Shown: positions 23,901 through 35,900 of the stretch, one piece after another
Layout: the number at the start of each line of letters is the position of its first letter
Numbering within the stretch: the stretch's first letter is position 1
Assembly: GCF_037042905.1 (NCBI RefSeq)
Contig: NC_087251.1
Span: 6,016,001-6,080,000 of the forward strand
Reading direction: 5' to 3'
Origin: Lytechinus pictus
Taxonomy: Eukaryota
DNA: 64,000 nt
Program-made: the position numbers and the translations under genes
Notes under the pieces: model-generated
Told to the model about the DNA's origin: nothing
The model's database searches: none
What the model saw: only the letters and a program-made list of their open reading frames with translations

Positions 23901-26900
23901 ATCAAATTCGAGATAACAGTTGATTGGTTGAGCGCTATAACTTTCATAGTTTCATGTCAACAAGATAGAGATAAAATGGTTTGATGTGACAGAGGTACAC
24001 GCGAGCACATGCAGTCAATCAAGTACAAATTGTCTACCGGTACGCTACGTATACCTGAATGAACTATAGCTTTATCAGTCTATCATTACCGAACCCCGAA
24101 CCGAACCAATGTTCGGCAAATTTCTGCCGAACCTTGCCGAACCGAACCGAACCCGAACATGGCGCCTGACTTGCAGCACTAATTAAAGACATGAATCATG
24201 CAGAGTCGATCCGAATGATTTTCGGTCAACTAGCATTCGCAGTCCAGACTCGCACACACCAGCCCCGTACACTCCCTCTCCCAAAACGACAGACGTGCTT
24301 GCCAGCGCCAGCACACAAGTGCAACCAGCGGAGAGCGCTGTTATTTGCTTGAGATTGTGTAGTTGGCGGGGTAGTTGAATCCAAAATGAGCTCCAAATAA
24401 ATTGATTGGAATAAATACGTAATTTTCTCTGGATGGTCATTTGAATTGGTATTCAATGCTGATATAACTATTTTGAGGAATGATTGGGGAATATGAGTTA
24501 TGACGATGTTCGAGAATTAATCCTGAAAATGATAATCCATTTTTCATTTTAGACACAGGAGCATGCGATCGAAATAAATAAGAATGTCTCGGATCGAGCT
24601 CTAAATTCATATAAATTATTTACGATTTGAATTTTATACTAAAAATATTGACGATGTCAGCAAAGTATGTTATGTTCATATGGAAGAATTATACTGGTAT
24701 TATTTTTATTCCATCTCTGGACGTCTCCGAGCTCTGAGAAAAGAAGCAAAATGCGCATGCGCGTTCGATGACGTATGACATATTTTCCATTCATGAAATC
24801 AGAGCCCAAAGTTGGGCACAAACTAGCTTCAATTTGATGGAAAAAAATATCAAACGCAATTTTCTGTTTTGTCATGTTGACAATGTTCGAGAATCAATCC
24901 TGATGTGATAATTATTTTTTTAGACAACTGCACTCACTCAAGTCTATCGTCATGTGATGTCTGTCATTGAAAATTGAAACGAAATACAAACGATTCACAT
25001 CAAGCTCTAAATTCATATTAATGATTATCATATGCAAATTATTGTTAAATATTACGATTAAATCATGTTCTATGGTCATGATATTAATATTGTTCATGAA
25101 AGCAAGATTTATTTGACGTTGATCGCATCAATTTTCTGGCCATTTTCTGGCAGGGCTCCACACTAACCCTTTTTTTCTACTGGTCCAACCTATTCATGTC
25201 GGACCAGTAGATACCCATTTTTTCCATTTTTTACTGGTCCGAACCTAAAATCCACTGGTCCAAAAAAAATTTAGAAAACATTAAAAAAAGGCGCGAGTTT
25301 ATTTTTCTGTCCTTGTTACTCCCCCCCCCCCAAAAAAAAAAAAATGAAGGAATGAAAGACAAAAAGAAAGCAACACAGAAAGAAAGAAAGAAACAAACAA
25401 AGAAAGAGAATAAAAGAAAGGAAGAAAAAAGAAAAGGAAAAAGAAAGGATAGATGTGAAGAAAGGAAAAAAGGAAAAAACTAAAGAAAGAAAGGAAAGAA
25501 AGAAAGAACAAAAGAAAAAAAGGAATAAAGGGAAGAATTAGGAAAGAGTCAAGCAAGCAATAAAAAAAGGGTAAAAGGAGAGATGGAAAGAAGTAAAAAG
25601 ATAGAAAGAAAGAAAGGAAGGATTGAAAGAAGGAAGAAAGGAATTAAGGAAGAAATAAAGAAAAGGTAAAATGATAGATAGGAAAAGAGAATGAAGGAAA
25701 GAAATAAAGAAGGAAGGAAAGGAAAGAAGTGAACAAGCAATATAAAAAAGAAAGAAAAGGTAAAAGAATCGATGAAAGGAAGAAAAAAAGAAAGACCGAA
25801 AGGCAAAGACTGAGGAAAGAAAGAAGAAAGGAAGCAAGCAGTAAAAAAAGAAAGAAAGAAAAGGTAAAAGGATAGATGGAAAAAAGAAAGAAGAAAGGAT
25901 GGAATGAATGAAAGAAAGAGAGAAAGGGCTGAAAGAAGGAAGAAATAAAAAACAAGAAAGGGTAAAGAAAGGATGGATGAAAGAAACAAGTGGAATGCCT
26001 CTGGCCATCTCACCTGCATCACGCGATTCAATATAGCAGCAGTGCTGATTTTAAAAACTACTATAACTCGCACAAGATGTTCAGTGATACTTGGTTACTC
26101 TTATTTCCACGTTTTATGAACTAGACCAATACACTAATAGAGATATGATGGCAATTCAACAAATACCCCCAACATGGCCAAAGTTCTTTGACCTTACATG
26201 ACCTTTGACCTTGATCATGTGACCTGAAACTCGCACAGGATGTTCAGTGATACTTGATTACTATTATGTCCAAGTTTTATGAACTAGACCAACACACTTT
26301 CAAATTTATGGCTGTAATTCAACAAATACCCCAATTTGGCCAAAGTTCATTGACCCTAAATGACCTTTGACCTTGATCATGTGACCTGAAACTTGCACAG
26401 GATGTTCAGTAATACTTGATTACTATTATGTCCAAGTTTCATGAATCAGATCCATAAACTTTCAAAGTTATGATGGTAATTCAACAGATACCCCCAATTC
26501 GGCCAAAGTTCATTGACCCTAAATGACCTTTGACCTTGGTCATGTGATGTGAAACTCATGCAGGATGTTCAGTGATACTTGATTAACCTTATGTATAAGT
26601 TTCATGAACTAGGTCCATATATTTTCTAAGTTATGATGACATTTCAAAAACTTAACCTTAGGTTAAGATTTTGATGTTGATTCCCCCAACATGGTCTAAG
26701 TTCATTGACCCTAAATGACCTTTGACCTTGGTCATGTGACATGAAACTCAGGCAGGATGTTCAGTAATACTTGATTAACCTTATGGCCAAGTTTCATGAA
26801 CTAGGTCCATATACTCTCTAAGTTATGCTGTCATTTCAAAAACTTAACCTCAGGTTAAGATTTGGTGTTGACGCCGCCGCCGCCGTCGCCGTCGCCGTCG

Positions 26901-29900
26901 GAAAAGCGGCGCCTATAGTCTCACTCTGCTATGCAGGTGAGACAAAAAACAAAGAATGAAGGAAAGAAAGGGTAAAAAGCAGGAAGGATAGAAAGAAAGA
27001 AGATATAAATATAGGATGGATCGACTCAAGAATTAAAGAAAGAAAGAAATCAAAAAGAAAGATAAAGAAAGAGAAAAAGAAATAGAGAAAAATATTTTTA
27101 AAAGGACAAAGAATGAAAGAACGAAAGACAAAGAAAAAAAGGAAAATTAAAAGAGAAAGACAGTAAAAAAAAAAAAAGGAAAGAGGGAAGAAAAGAAAAA
27201 AGATTGAATAGAAAGAAAGACAGAAAGAAAACAGAGGAAGAAAGCTATAACTATCATCATATTATCAGTTTCTTTTTGGCTCAATAAAAATATAGCTACT
27301 AAAGAAGAAACCAAGTGTATCAACACACACATAGCCAGGCGGCTTCTAGAGAGTAAAAATCATTTACTAATGTAAGGTTACTCTCATACGAAGCCAGGGC
27401 TTCTATCTCATAGACCCACACAAAGGAAGCCAAAACCTGAAACTTTAAAGTTTCACCCCCGAGATTTCTACTTTCCTTCTAAACGATCTAGACCTAAATC
27501 ATGTACATGGGATAAAACTTCATTTCTTTTTTTTTGATGAATTCTTGTTTAAAAATAACAACGAGAGCATAGAAATGTCGGAAATGAAGTTTTATCCCAT
27601 GTACATGATTAAGAGCTAGATCTTTCAGAAGGAAAGTAGAAATCTCGGGGGCGAAAGTTTCAGGGTTTTTTGCGGTACACGCAGATGAATAGGGAGGACT
27701 CCCTGGCTTCGTATGAGAGTAACCTTACGTTAGTAAATGATTTTTACTCTCTAGAAGCCGCCTGGCTACACACACACAAATACATATGTGGGGCTATCAT
27801 GTATTCAGACGATATCACTCGAAACCCGATCTGTTTGAACTAAAACAGAAGTGAAAATTTCTCCTGTTACTGCTTACAAATTTGACAGACTTACCCCAAT
27901 TTTTAGGAAATATGGACATTATAAGAGCGTTTCATTAGTGTGAAATGTGAATTTTGACAGTTAGCTGTGAAAGATTTCTGCCAGAGGTTAGCCAAGCTTA
28001 GTTCGTGCAGCCAGTAGAAAATTTACCATGTGGGCTGTGTGGCTGGCTGTACATGTGCACTGTATGTTACTAGATACTAGTACCCTTGTAAAAATTGCAT
28101 GCGATTCATTCTGTGTGTAATCTGTGTGTGAATGACAGAAATTAATGGGAGGAAAATGGTTTGCAATTTGAGTCATGGAATATTTTTTATGATTATGTTG
28201 GACCAGTGAATTTGACCATTTCTGGAAAAGTTACTGGCCCAACAAAGGTTTTTATTACTGGTCATGTCGGAGTCATAAATCTTGCTTTTTTTTGAAAAAT
28301 TACTGGCCCGACAATGAGTTTTTTTACTGGTCATGTCGGACCAGTAAATCTTGCTATTTCTGAAAATCTACTGGCCCGACAGCGATTTTTACCGGTCTGG
28401 GACCATCGGACCGGCGCTAGTGTCGAGCCCTGGATTAAAGCACAGTACTGCGCATGCACGATCGATGGCGACTTTCATTCATGAATTCATCGTGCATAAA
28501 TTATCTTGGCACGAGTAGACGAGTAAGACTCGAACTATGATCGAAATAAACTTCAAATTAATGGTGAATATCGTAGGCATCATAATTACACAATCGGTTT
28601 CATTTTGGGGGCAATATACATGTAAATCAAGTAGTAGTCAAGTTGGACATTACTGTTTATTTTGATGATTGATTGTGTGAACCAAACGAATCGGCCAGCC
28701 GACGTATTTTTTTCTTCAATGCACTGATTTTGCAAAATCTGCACCGGCGTTCGATGACATCGATCGAACACGGATTTTTAAATCGATTTGACTCAGGCCT
28801 AACTTAAATGACCTTTGACTTTCGATCGAACACGGATTTTTAAATCAATTTGACTCAGGCCTAACTTAAATGACCTTTGGCATTCGTCATGTGACCTGAA
28901 ACTCGCATGAGATGTTCAGTGATACTTGATGACTCTTATGTCCAAGTTTTATGAACTAGACCAATATACTTACAGAGTTATGATGGTAATTCAACAAATA
29001 CCCCCAACATGGCCAAAGTCCATTGACCTTTGACCTTGGTCATGTGACCTGAAACTCGCACAAGATGTTCAGTGATACTTGGTTACTCTTATGTCCACGT
29101 TTTATGAACTAGACCAATACACTTACAGGGATACATAATGGTTATTCAACAAATACCCCCAACATGGCCAAAGATCATTGAATTGAAATGACCTTTGACC
29201 TTGGTCATGTGGCCTGAAACTCAAACGGGATGTTCAAAGATACTTGATAACTCTTATGTCCAAATTTCATGAATCAGATCCATAAACTTTCAAAGTTATG
29301 ATGGTAATTCAACAGATACTCCCAATTTGGCCAAAGTTCATCGACACTAAATGACTTTTGACCTTGGTCATGTGACGTGAAACTCAAGCAGGATGTTCAG
29401 TAATACTTGATTAACGTTATGTCTAAGTTTCATGAACTAGGTCCATATATTTTCTAAGTTATGATGACATTTCAAAAAGTTAACCTTAGGTTAAGATTTT
29501 GATGTTGATTCACCCAACATGGTCTAAGTTCATTGACCCTAAATGACCTTTGACCTTGGTCATGTGACCTGAAACTAAGGTAGAATGTTCAGTAATACTT
29601 GATAAACCTTATGGCCAAGTTTCATGAACTAGGTCCATATACTTTCTAAGTTATGCTGTCATTTCAAAAACTTAACCTTCGGTTAAGATTTGGTGTTGAC
29701 GCAGCCGCCGTCGGAAAAGCGGCGACTCTAGTCTCTCTGCTTCGCATGCGAGACAAAAACCAGATCATCATCTTTTGAGATTCACACTAGTTTAAAACTT
29801 TGCAAGACGTACACTGTAAGGAATATTTTCTTATAAAAAGTTTAAACATACCAGTCTGGAATGCAAGTCCCCTTTTAAGACACTGTAGAGAAGAACGCTT

Positions 29901-32900
29901 CCAGCTACTGTCCCTAAAGCAAGAAGGTTGGTGGGTGAAATGGCCTCAGAATTTGTTGATTCAATGTCTGCCTGAGCAGATCTCCTTTTCTTTCTCTTTC
30001 GATTTTCCTAGGGTGAAGAAAAAAAAGGCATCCTCATCTTTATGCCAAGGACATCAAACTCACCAGATATCATCCAACATTACTAACCAGGCAAGGACAC
30101 ATTTTCTAGAAAAAATTGTCTTCAAACTTATACTATCAGTAAAAGTAAAGAATGTTTGAGACATCACCTAGTCCGTCTGGGAATGAACATAATAACCAAA
30201 CAAGAATTTTTGTTACTAATACATATAATTCTTTTTCCAGATTGCAATTAAGCAGTATGATGCAAGATTAGACTGGTTAATTAAGAATAACCTCTTGTTA
30301 AACTTTGTGCAGAGTGAACGCATTAATAAAAGGACATAAAACTCTATTTTCATTTTCACTTGTCACTCTGATGAATCTATATTGATCCATCTGATAATAT
30401 TTGTAAATAAAAAAGAATGAAAGTGACAGATGAGGGCGGACAAAGTCCAGACCAAGCATTGATTCTCAATTTCACTCAGGTATGATGTAGGCATGCCTAG
30501 AAATTTATTCAAAGGATTGTTATACAGTGCGTCCCAAAAAAAACTATACACTTTTGAAATGGCTGCCAAATAAAAAGTATATCACTTTGGGGGGAAAGAC
30601 TTATACATATGGAAAGCCGATAAAGTCATCTTTCAAATTACACCAAAATGTTGGAAAACTATTCATGCTTGAGTGAGCACTACCCGCTTAAACAAAGGGT
30701 ATGAAAATTAGGGTGGGCAGGAATTAGCCTTTCGGTTTCTTTCAGTTTTTGAGAGGCGAGTCCCTTGGAACTTGCAAACTTGAGGGTGTTCTGATGAATT
30801 GATGGTCATTCATTACCAATTTAAATTGTGAGAGCAAATTTCATGAATTATCAAATTGAAATTCCATGCATGAGTAAGCATGAATTGCAATCTTTAGTGA
30901 ACCATTTTAACTTACAATGTGGGTCTCAGCAGTGTGTTCATTGGAGTCAGGAGAATAGGAGTAAGAAATGACTTCAGTGTGTGAAGTAAGCTGATGGGAA
31001 AAGGGTCAACAGAACGTTTAGCCTCCCTCCTACAGGTCCGTCCCTCCCCCCTCCTGTTGAGATTGAGACTGATTGCTATTACATGTACGCATTAAGTGCA
31101 AAGCGGACTGTCAATTTGATAATAAATTCTGAAAATTAGATCATCAACTTTTATCTATCAATCATTCAATCAACAATCTGTTAGTAAATACACTCAATCA
31201 ATGTCATCAATCAAATATTCACCTTTTTCAATACATTATCAATCAAACATTCAGCTTTTTCAATAAATGATTTCATAAATTATAATTAGTCAAGTTCTTA
31301 ATAAATCATTCAATGGAAAAGAAAGACCCATCAACCATCAGTCACTTGGCATTTTAAGTTTTAAATACCAACCAAGAGAAAGAAAGGGGTGGAGGGCGGA
31401 GTGAGTACATGACATGTAATTTGTAAGAGAACACAAAGAAGAATGCCCCTTTAACCCAGTCTTACCCTATCTCATCCCCTTGCATGTAACAGGTACCATC
31501 ACATTACTCTGACTCTCACAAGCACACTTGCTAAGATCCACATAATAAACGAAAAATGCTACACTAAAATTACAATTCCTGTTTACTCATGCATTACATT
31601 TCAATTTAGTAACTCGTGAAATTTGCTTAAGAAACCAAAACGGATCTCCATTTATCAGTAATTTAGCATAACACCCTTAACTTTGCAAGTTCCAAAGGAC
31701 TCACCTCAAAAAAAAAATGGAATTAAGGCTAATTCCTGCTCACCCTAGCAAAGGCTAGTCTCTCAGGAGGGGTGAAAGGGGTAGAGAGAGAGAGAGAGAG
31801 GGGGGGGGGGTTAAGTGTTCTGTTGACCCATATCCCGTCAACCTACTTCCCCCACCTAAGTCCTATCCATATTCTGACTTCCATGAACACATTGCTGAGA
31901 TCCACTTAAAAAGTGAAAAATTGTATTTCATGTTCACTCATACATTAAATTTCAATTTAATAATTCTTAAAATTTGCTCTAAAAACCTAAATTGATAATG
32001 CTTGATCATTGATTTATCAAAACATCCTCAACTTTGCAAGTTCCAAGGGACTCGCATCTCAAAAACTGAAAGAAATTGGAAGGCTAATTCCTGCCCACCC
32101 TAATTTCCATACCCTTTGTTTTAGTGGGCAGTGCTCGCTCAAGCATGAAAAGTTTTCCAACTTTTTGGTGTCATTTTAAAGTTGACTTTATAGGCTTCCA
32201 TGTATGTAAGTCTTTCCCCCAAAAGTGATATACTTTTTATTTGGCAGCCATTTCAAAAGTGTATAGTTTTTTTTGGGACGCACTGTATATAAGAAGAAGC
32301 AATTACATTAATTTACTTAGTTATTTCCTATTTAAAGTTTGAGGATAGTTTTGGTGAAGGATTCACAAAATCCAGTTGTATGGTTCATGGCTATTGAATA
32401 ACAAGAACTGATCATAATGCAATATGAGAGTGACAAAATTTCTACTTGAAAATGTCAAAAATTTAAATGAACTCAGAAAATGAAAGCATTGTCCTTGGCT
32501 GAATTTCACAGACATCTTACTCAATCTACGCATTCACAATGTTAAAAAAGGTCACTTTCCACAGCGCCCACTTTCGTCCATGACTGAGCATTTGTTTTTC
32601 ACGTGATCGATATCCACTTTACTGGAAAACAAAATTGTTCCGCGCATCGTCTGCTATCGCTAGGCTACACGCGATGCATGCAATGCTTTGGCATCCAAAT
32701 TTCACCGGGAGCGAGCGTGGGAGCACGCCCGGGGAAACGTTGAGCAGCCACTGTCGTTGAGTTGGTTTGGTTAGAGCTAGAGGAATATCTGTTGTAGACT
32801 TACCTACGTTACGCAAATGCCATCCCTCAGACTTTATATATATATAGTATGTCTTTATCGTAGTTCGTTTTGATGTCCATAAAATAGTATCGTTGAGGTT

Positions 32901-35900
32901 TCTGAGAATATTTTGTAGAGATTATAAAGACTACAATTTATGCGACAAGTTGGTCGAACAACCAAAAAACGGGACACCGGATGCGATGCACATAGGCAAT
33001 GGAAATCGCAGCATCGCCTGACGATGTACGGCCGCTGACATTCACATCATACTCATTCACGTGAGCACTTTTGACCGCATGCTAGTAACGTGCCGCAGAA
33101 ATCTGCATTCTCTCTCTTACCACATGTGGCACCGGGATTCAGGCATAGCCGCCTCTTGACCAAATTACTTTTTTTTGGACTCTGTAAGCTCTGCCCTCTC
33201 ACATTTTTCTTCAAAGAACAATTTACATGATCGGCTTTGCCATGGGATTATAATCTCAATAAAATCCAAATTTCTCCTTTCTATTGGCTTTTATTGCTTG
33301 ACAGTTTTTTCCCCATCGTATGGGCTGTTTTTTTATGTTGCCCCCTCTATATTTCCATCTAGATATATAAAGTATTTTCAAGAAACAATTAACATTTCAA
33401 TTAAGGCAAAGAAAACAAAATGCATTTTCTAAATCGCAATTAATGGGTCCTTGATCCGTAAACAAGAGACATCCTTTTTTTTAATTATTATAAAGCGCTT
33501 TGCAGATTTTTGCTGAGACTCAAACGTAATATTTTTACCTCCCGCCCCTGCAGCCTACCAGCAAATGATACTTTTCTTTTGGGGGGGGGGGAGGGAGGGG
33601 GGTTGCAAAGCTCCAATGAATATCTGTGTATCACAATCCTGATCGCAAAGAATTCCATTACGAAAATATGTAAAGGTCACGATGGAGAAATAGGCTATAT
33701 GTATTACATTACCACATCTCTCCCCCCCCCCCTCTCTCTCTCTCTATATATATAATATAAACTTCCCCATTCTTCGAAATCAAAACTGAAATGAATTTTA
33801 GAGACAGTATATCGATAATGTATAGGCTATAAACCAAGAAATGTAACATTTAAATATCATTCTCATGTAGATTTTGGGAGATCAGTACTTGTCATGAAAA
33901 ATGAATTTGTGATATCGACAAATTTCATATTTTTTATTAAAATGTAAGAAAGGCCGATGGAAGATAATATAATTAATTTCATTTCTTTAAAATAAAATTG
34001 GAAAGAGGTGTACGTGGAGAGATATACCCCCAATGAATTCGGGTGGGGGATGGCCGGCCTGTAAAATCACCCCCCCCCCCTAATATTTCGAGGGCATGGA
34101 AAAACAGTATATCTCCAGAAAAAAAAAATCGATTTTATAAAAATACATGAAATCAATAAAAGAATGACAACACAGATATACAAAAAAGAAAGAAAAACAA
34201 AATTTGTTCTCCTATTCAGTTTAACTTTTTTATCTGTAATACCTTGGTCACATTTGCTCTACGGCGGCCGTACGGCGAGTCGAAAACAGCCGTTTTCACA
34301 TTTTATGTACGAGCTACATAGAGGTGGTTTGTATAAAAATGAATAAAACGGCTGTTTTCGACTCGCCGTACGGCCGCCGTAGAGTAAATGTGACCATGGT
34401 ATAAGTGATAAGTGAACTTGCTGATATTTTAGGGTAATTTCGTGAGCCATGGATAAATGTTCTTAATTCAAAGGCGGATCTAGGGGCGAGGGGAACGATT
34501 CCCCCCGCCCCTATTTGCAGAGCAAAAGAAGAAAACGGGGAAAAGTTAGAGAGGGGAAGAGAAAAGGAAAATAAGAGAAAGACGAGTGAATAGATAAGAC
34601 AATGGGAAGATTAAAAATAAAATCTTTCATGCCACTATTTTCACTCGCGCAAAGCGCTCGCATTGCTTGTTTGATAATAGAACTAAAAATATAAAGTTTT
34701 GAAGTCAATGTACAGAACATATTTCAGCTCGGACATCGAGCTTGAGCTTTCAATATTGCTAAATAGTGCTTGAAATAATGCTTAAATTACCCCTTTTTCA
34801 GATCGGAACAAGAACAAATATTTTCAGCTCACGTTTCGCATTAATGATTGAGATCGGCTGAATATCAAAATATTTCTGCTCGCGGTTCGCGCTCGCATTA
34901 TGTATGTACATGTAGGAAGAAACCAAATTGCCCAGATTTCATGATTTACAAAGCATGAATAGAGAGTCCTGTTTTTAGGTCAAAATCAATCGTTTAGCTA
35001 TATAACCTGTCCTTTTCATAATTACACAAAGTGCTTAGTATCCAATTTTTAGGTCAAAGCGTCAACTAATTTCAGATATATACCTATCCTGTTCATGATA
35101 AAAATAAAAAAAATATTTTCAAATGCTGCTCTTTCTCACTTCATAAAAGATGACGTATGGACTATATAGGAAAGTATAAAGTAGAGATCTTATCATTATG
35201 AGCTGTGTTTCGTTGAAAAACAAAAATTAATTTTGATTATTTTTCCTCGCTCTTTGCTTGGTCCGTACTAAGAGGTTGGGGAGTAGCGATTTGGTAAGTC
35301 GTGTAGTTGAACAAATATTCAAAAGAAAGTGTGTTTTTATAATGACCTATAGTAACACGTGTTATTTCTACATTATTTACAATTTTGTTGCAATATATCG
35401 ATTGCAACACAACTTTTTGCTTTTCTCTCATGAAAACAGTCAGATGGACAATTCTGATAATATATTTCTCCCTTTTATAATGAGAGACGTTGAAATTGTT
35501 TGTCATTAGCATTAGCGAAACTTGTCCATATTTACAGGGTGAAATCGGTTTGTTTCTCTTGATTCTGTTTATCTATGAACCTTCATACACCTAATGCGTA
35601 TGATGGGATTACAATGTTGTTAGTATATGAAAAACGAGAGGTTTCTTACCAGACCGATCTCGTGATGATCCCTCGATCCATTCGTGTTACAAAATACCGT
35701 TTTGAAGAACAATTTATAGATAGTCTAAATATTATTATTTAACAAATAATATAATTTAAAACTTGATTATAAATAATCATTATTATAATAAATTATTTAT
35801 AATCAAGTTTCAAATTTTATTTGTTAAATAATAATCAAAAAATCATCAGACATTGGCCTGGGTGATTTCAAGTCCGGTGTTGAAATTTTGATTTATTTCC

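Larger units (their letters stand above)
25151..28432. mobile_element. hAT-like element (CAGGGCTC.ACACTA TIR)
   Basis: CAGGGCTCCACACTA ... TAGTGTCGAGCCCTG; sub-terminal TACTGGTCC/GGACCAGTA repeats; no matching TSD seen. Confidence 0.65.
22091..28802. mobile_element. Unclassified TIR DNA element with 6-bp TSD (CTTAAA)
   Basis: TTAAGCCCGAGTCATATCGATT ... AATCGATTTGACTCAGGCCTAA; CTTAAA at 22085-22090 and 28803-28808. Confidence 0.65.
21810..29754 (-). mobile_element. Helentron/HINE-like element split by ~6.7 kb of nested insertions
   Basis: Left part 21810-22090 and right part 28803-29754 rejoin into the consensus seen at 13708-14690. Confidence 0.78.

Noticed and set aside
25299..26073. Long F/L/S-rich minus-strand ORFs (similar ones at 39746-40110 and 43666-44032)
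   Set aside because: Translation artefacts of purine-rich low-complexity tracts
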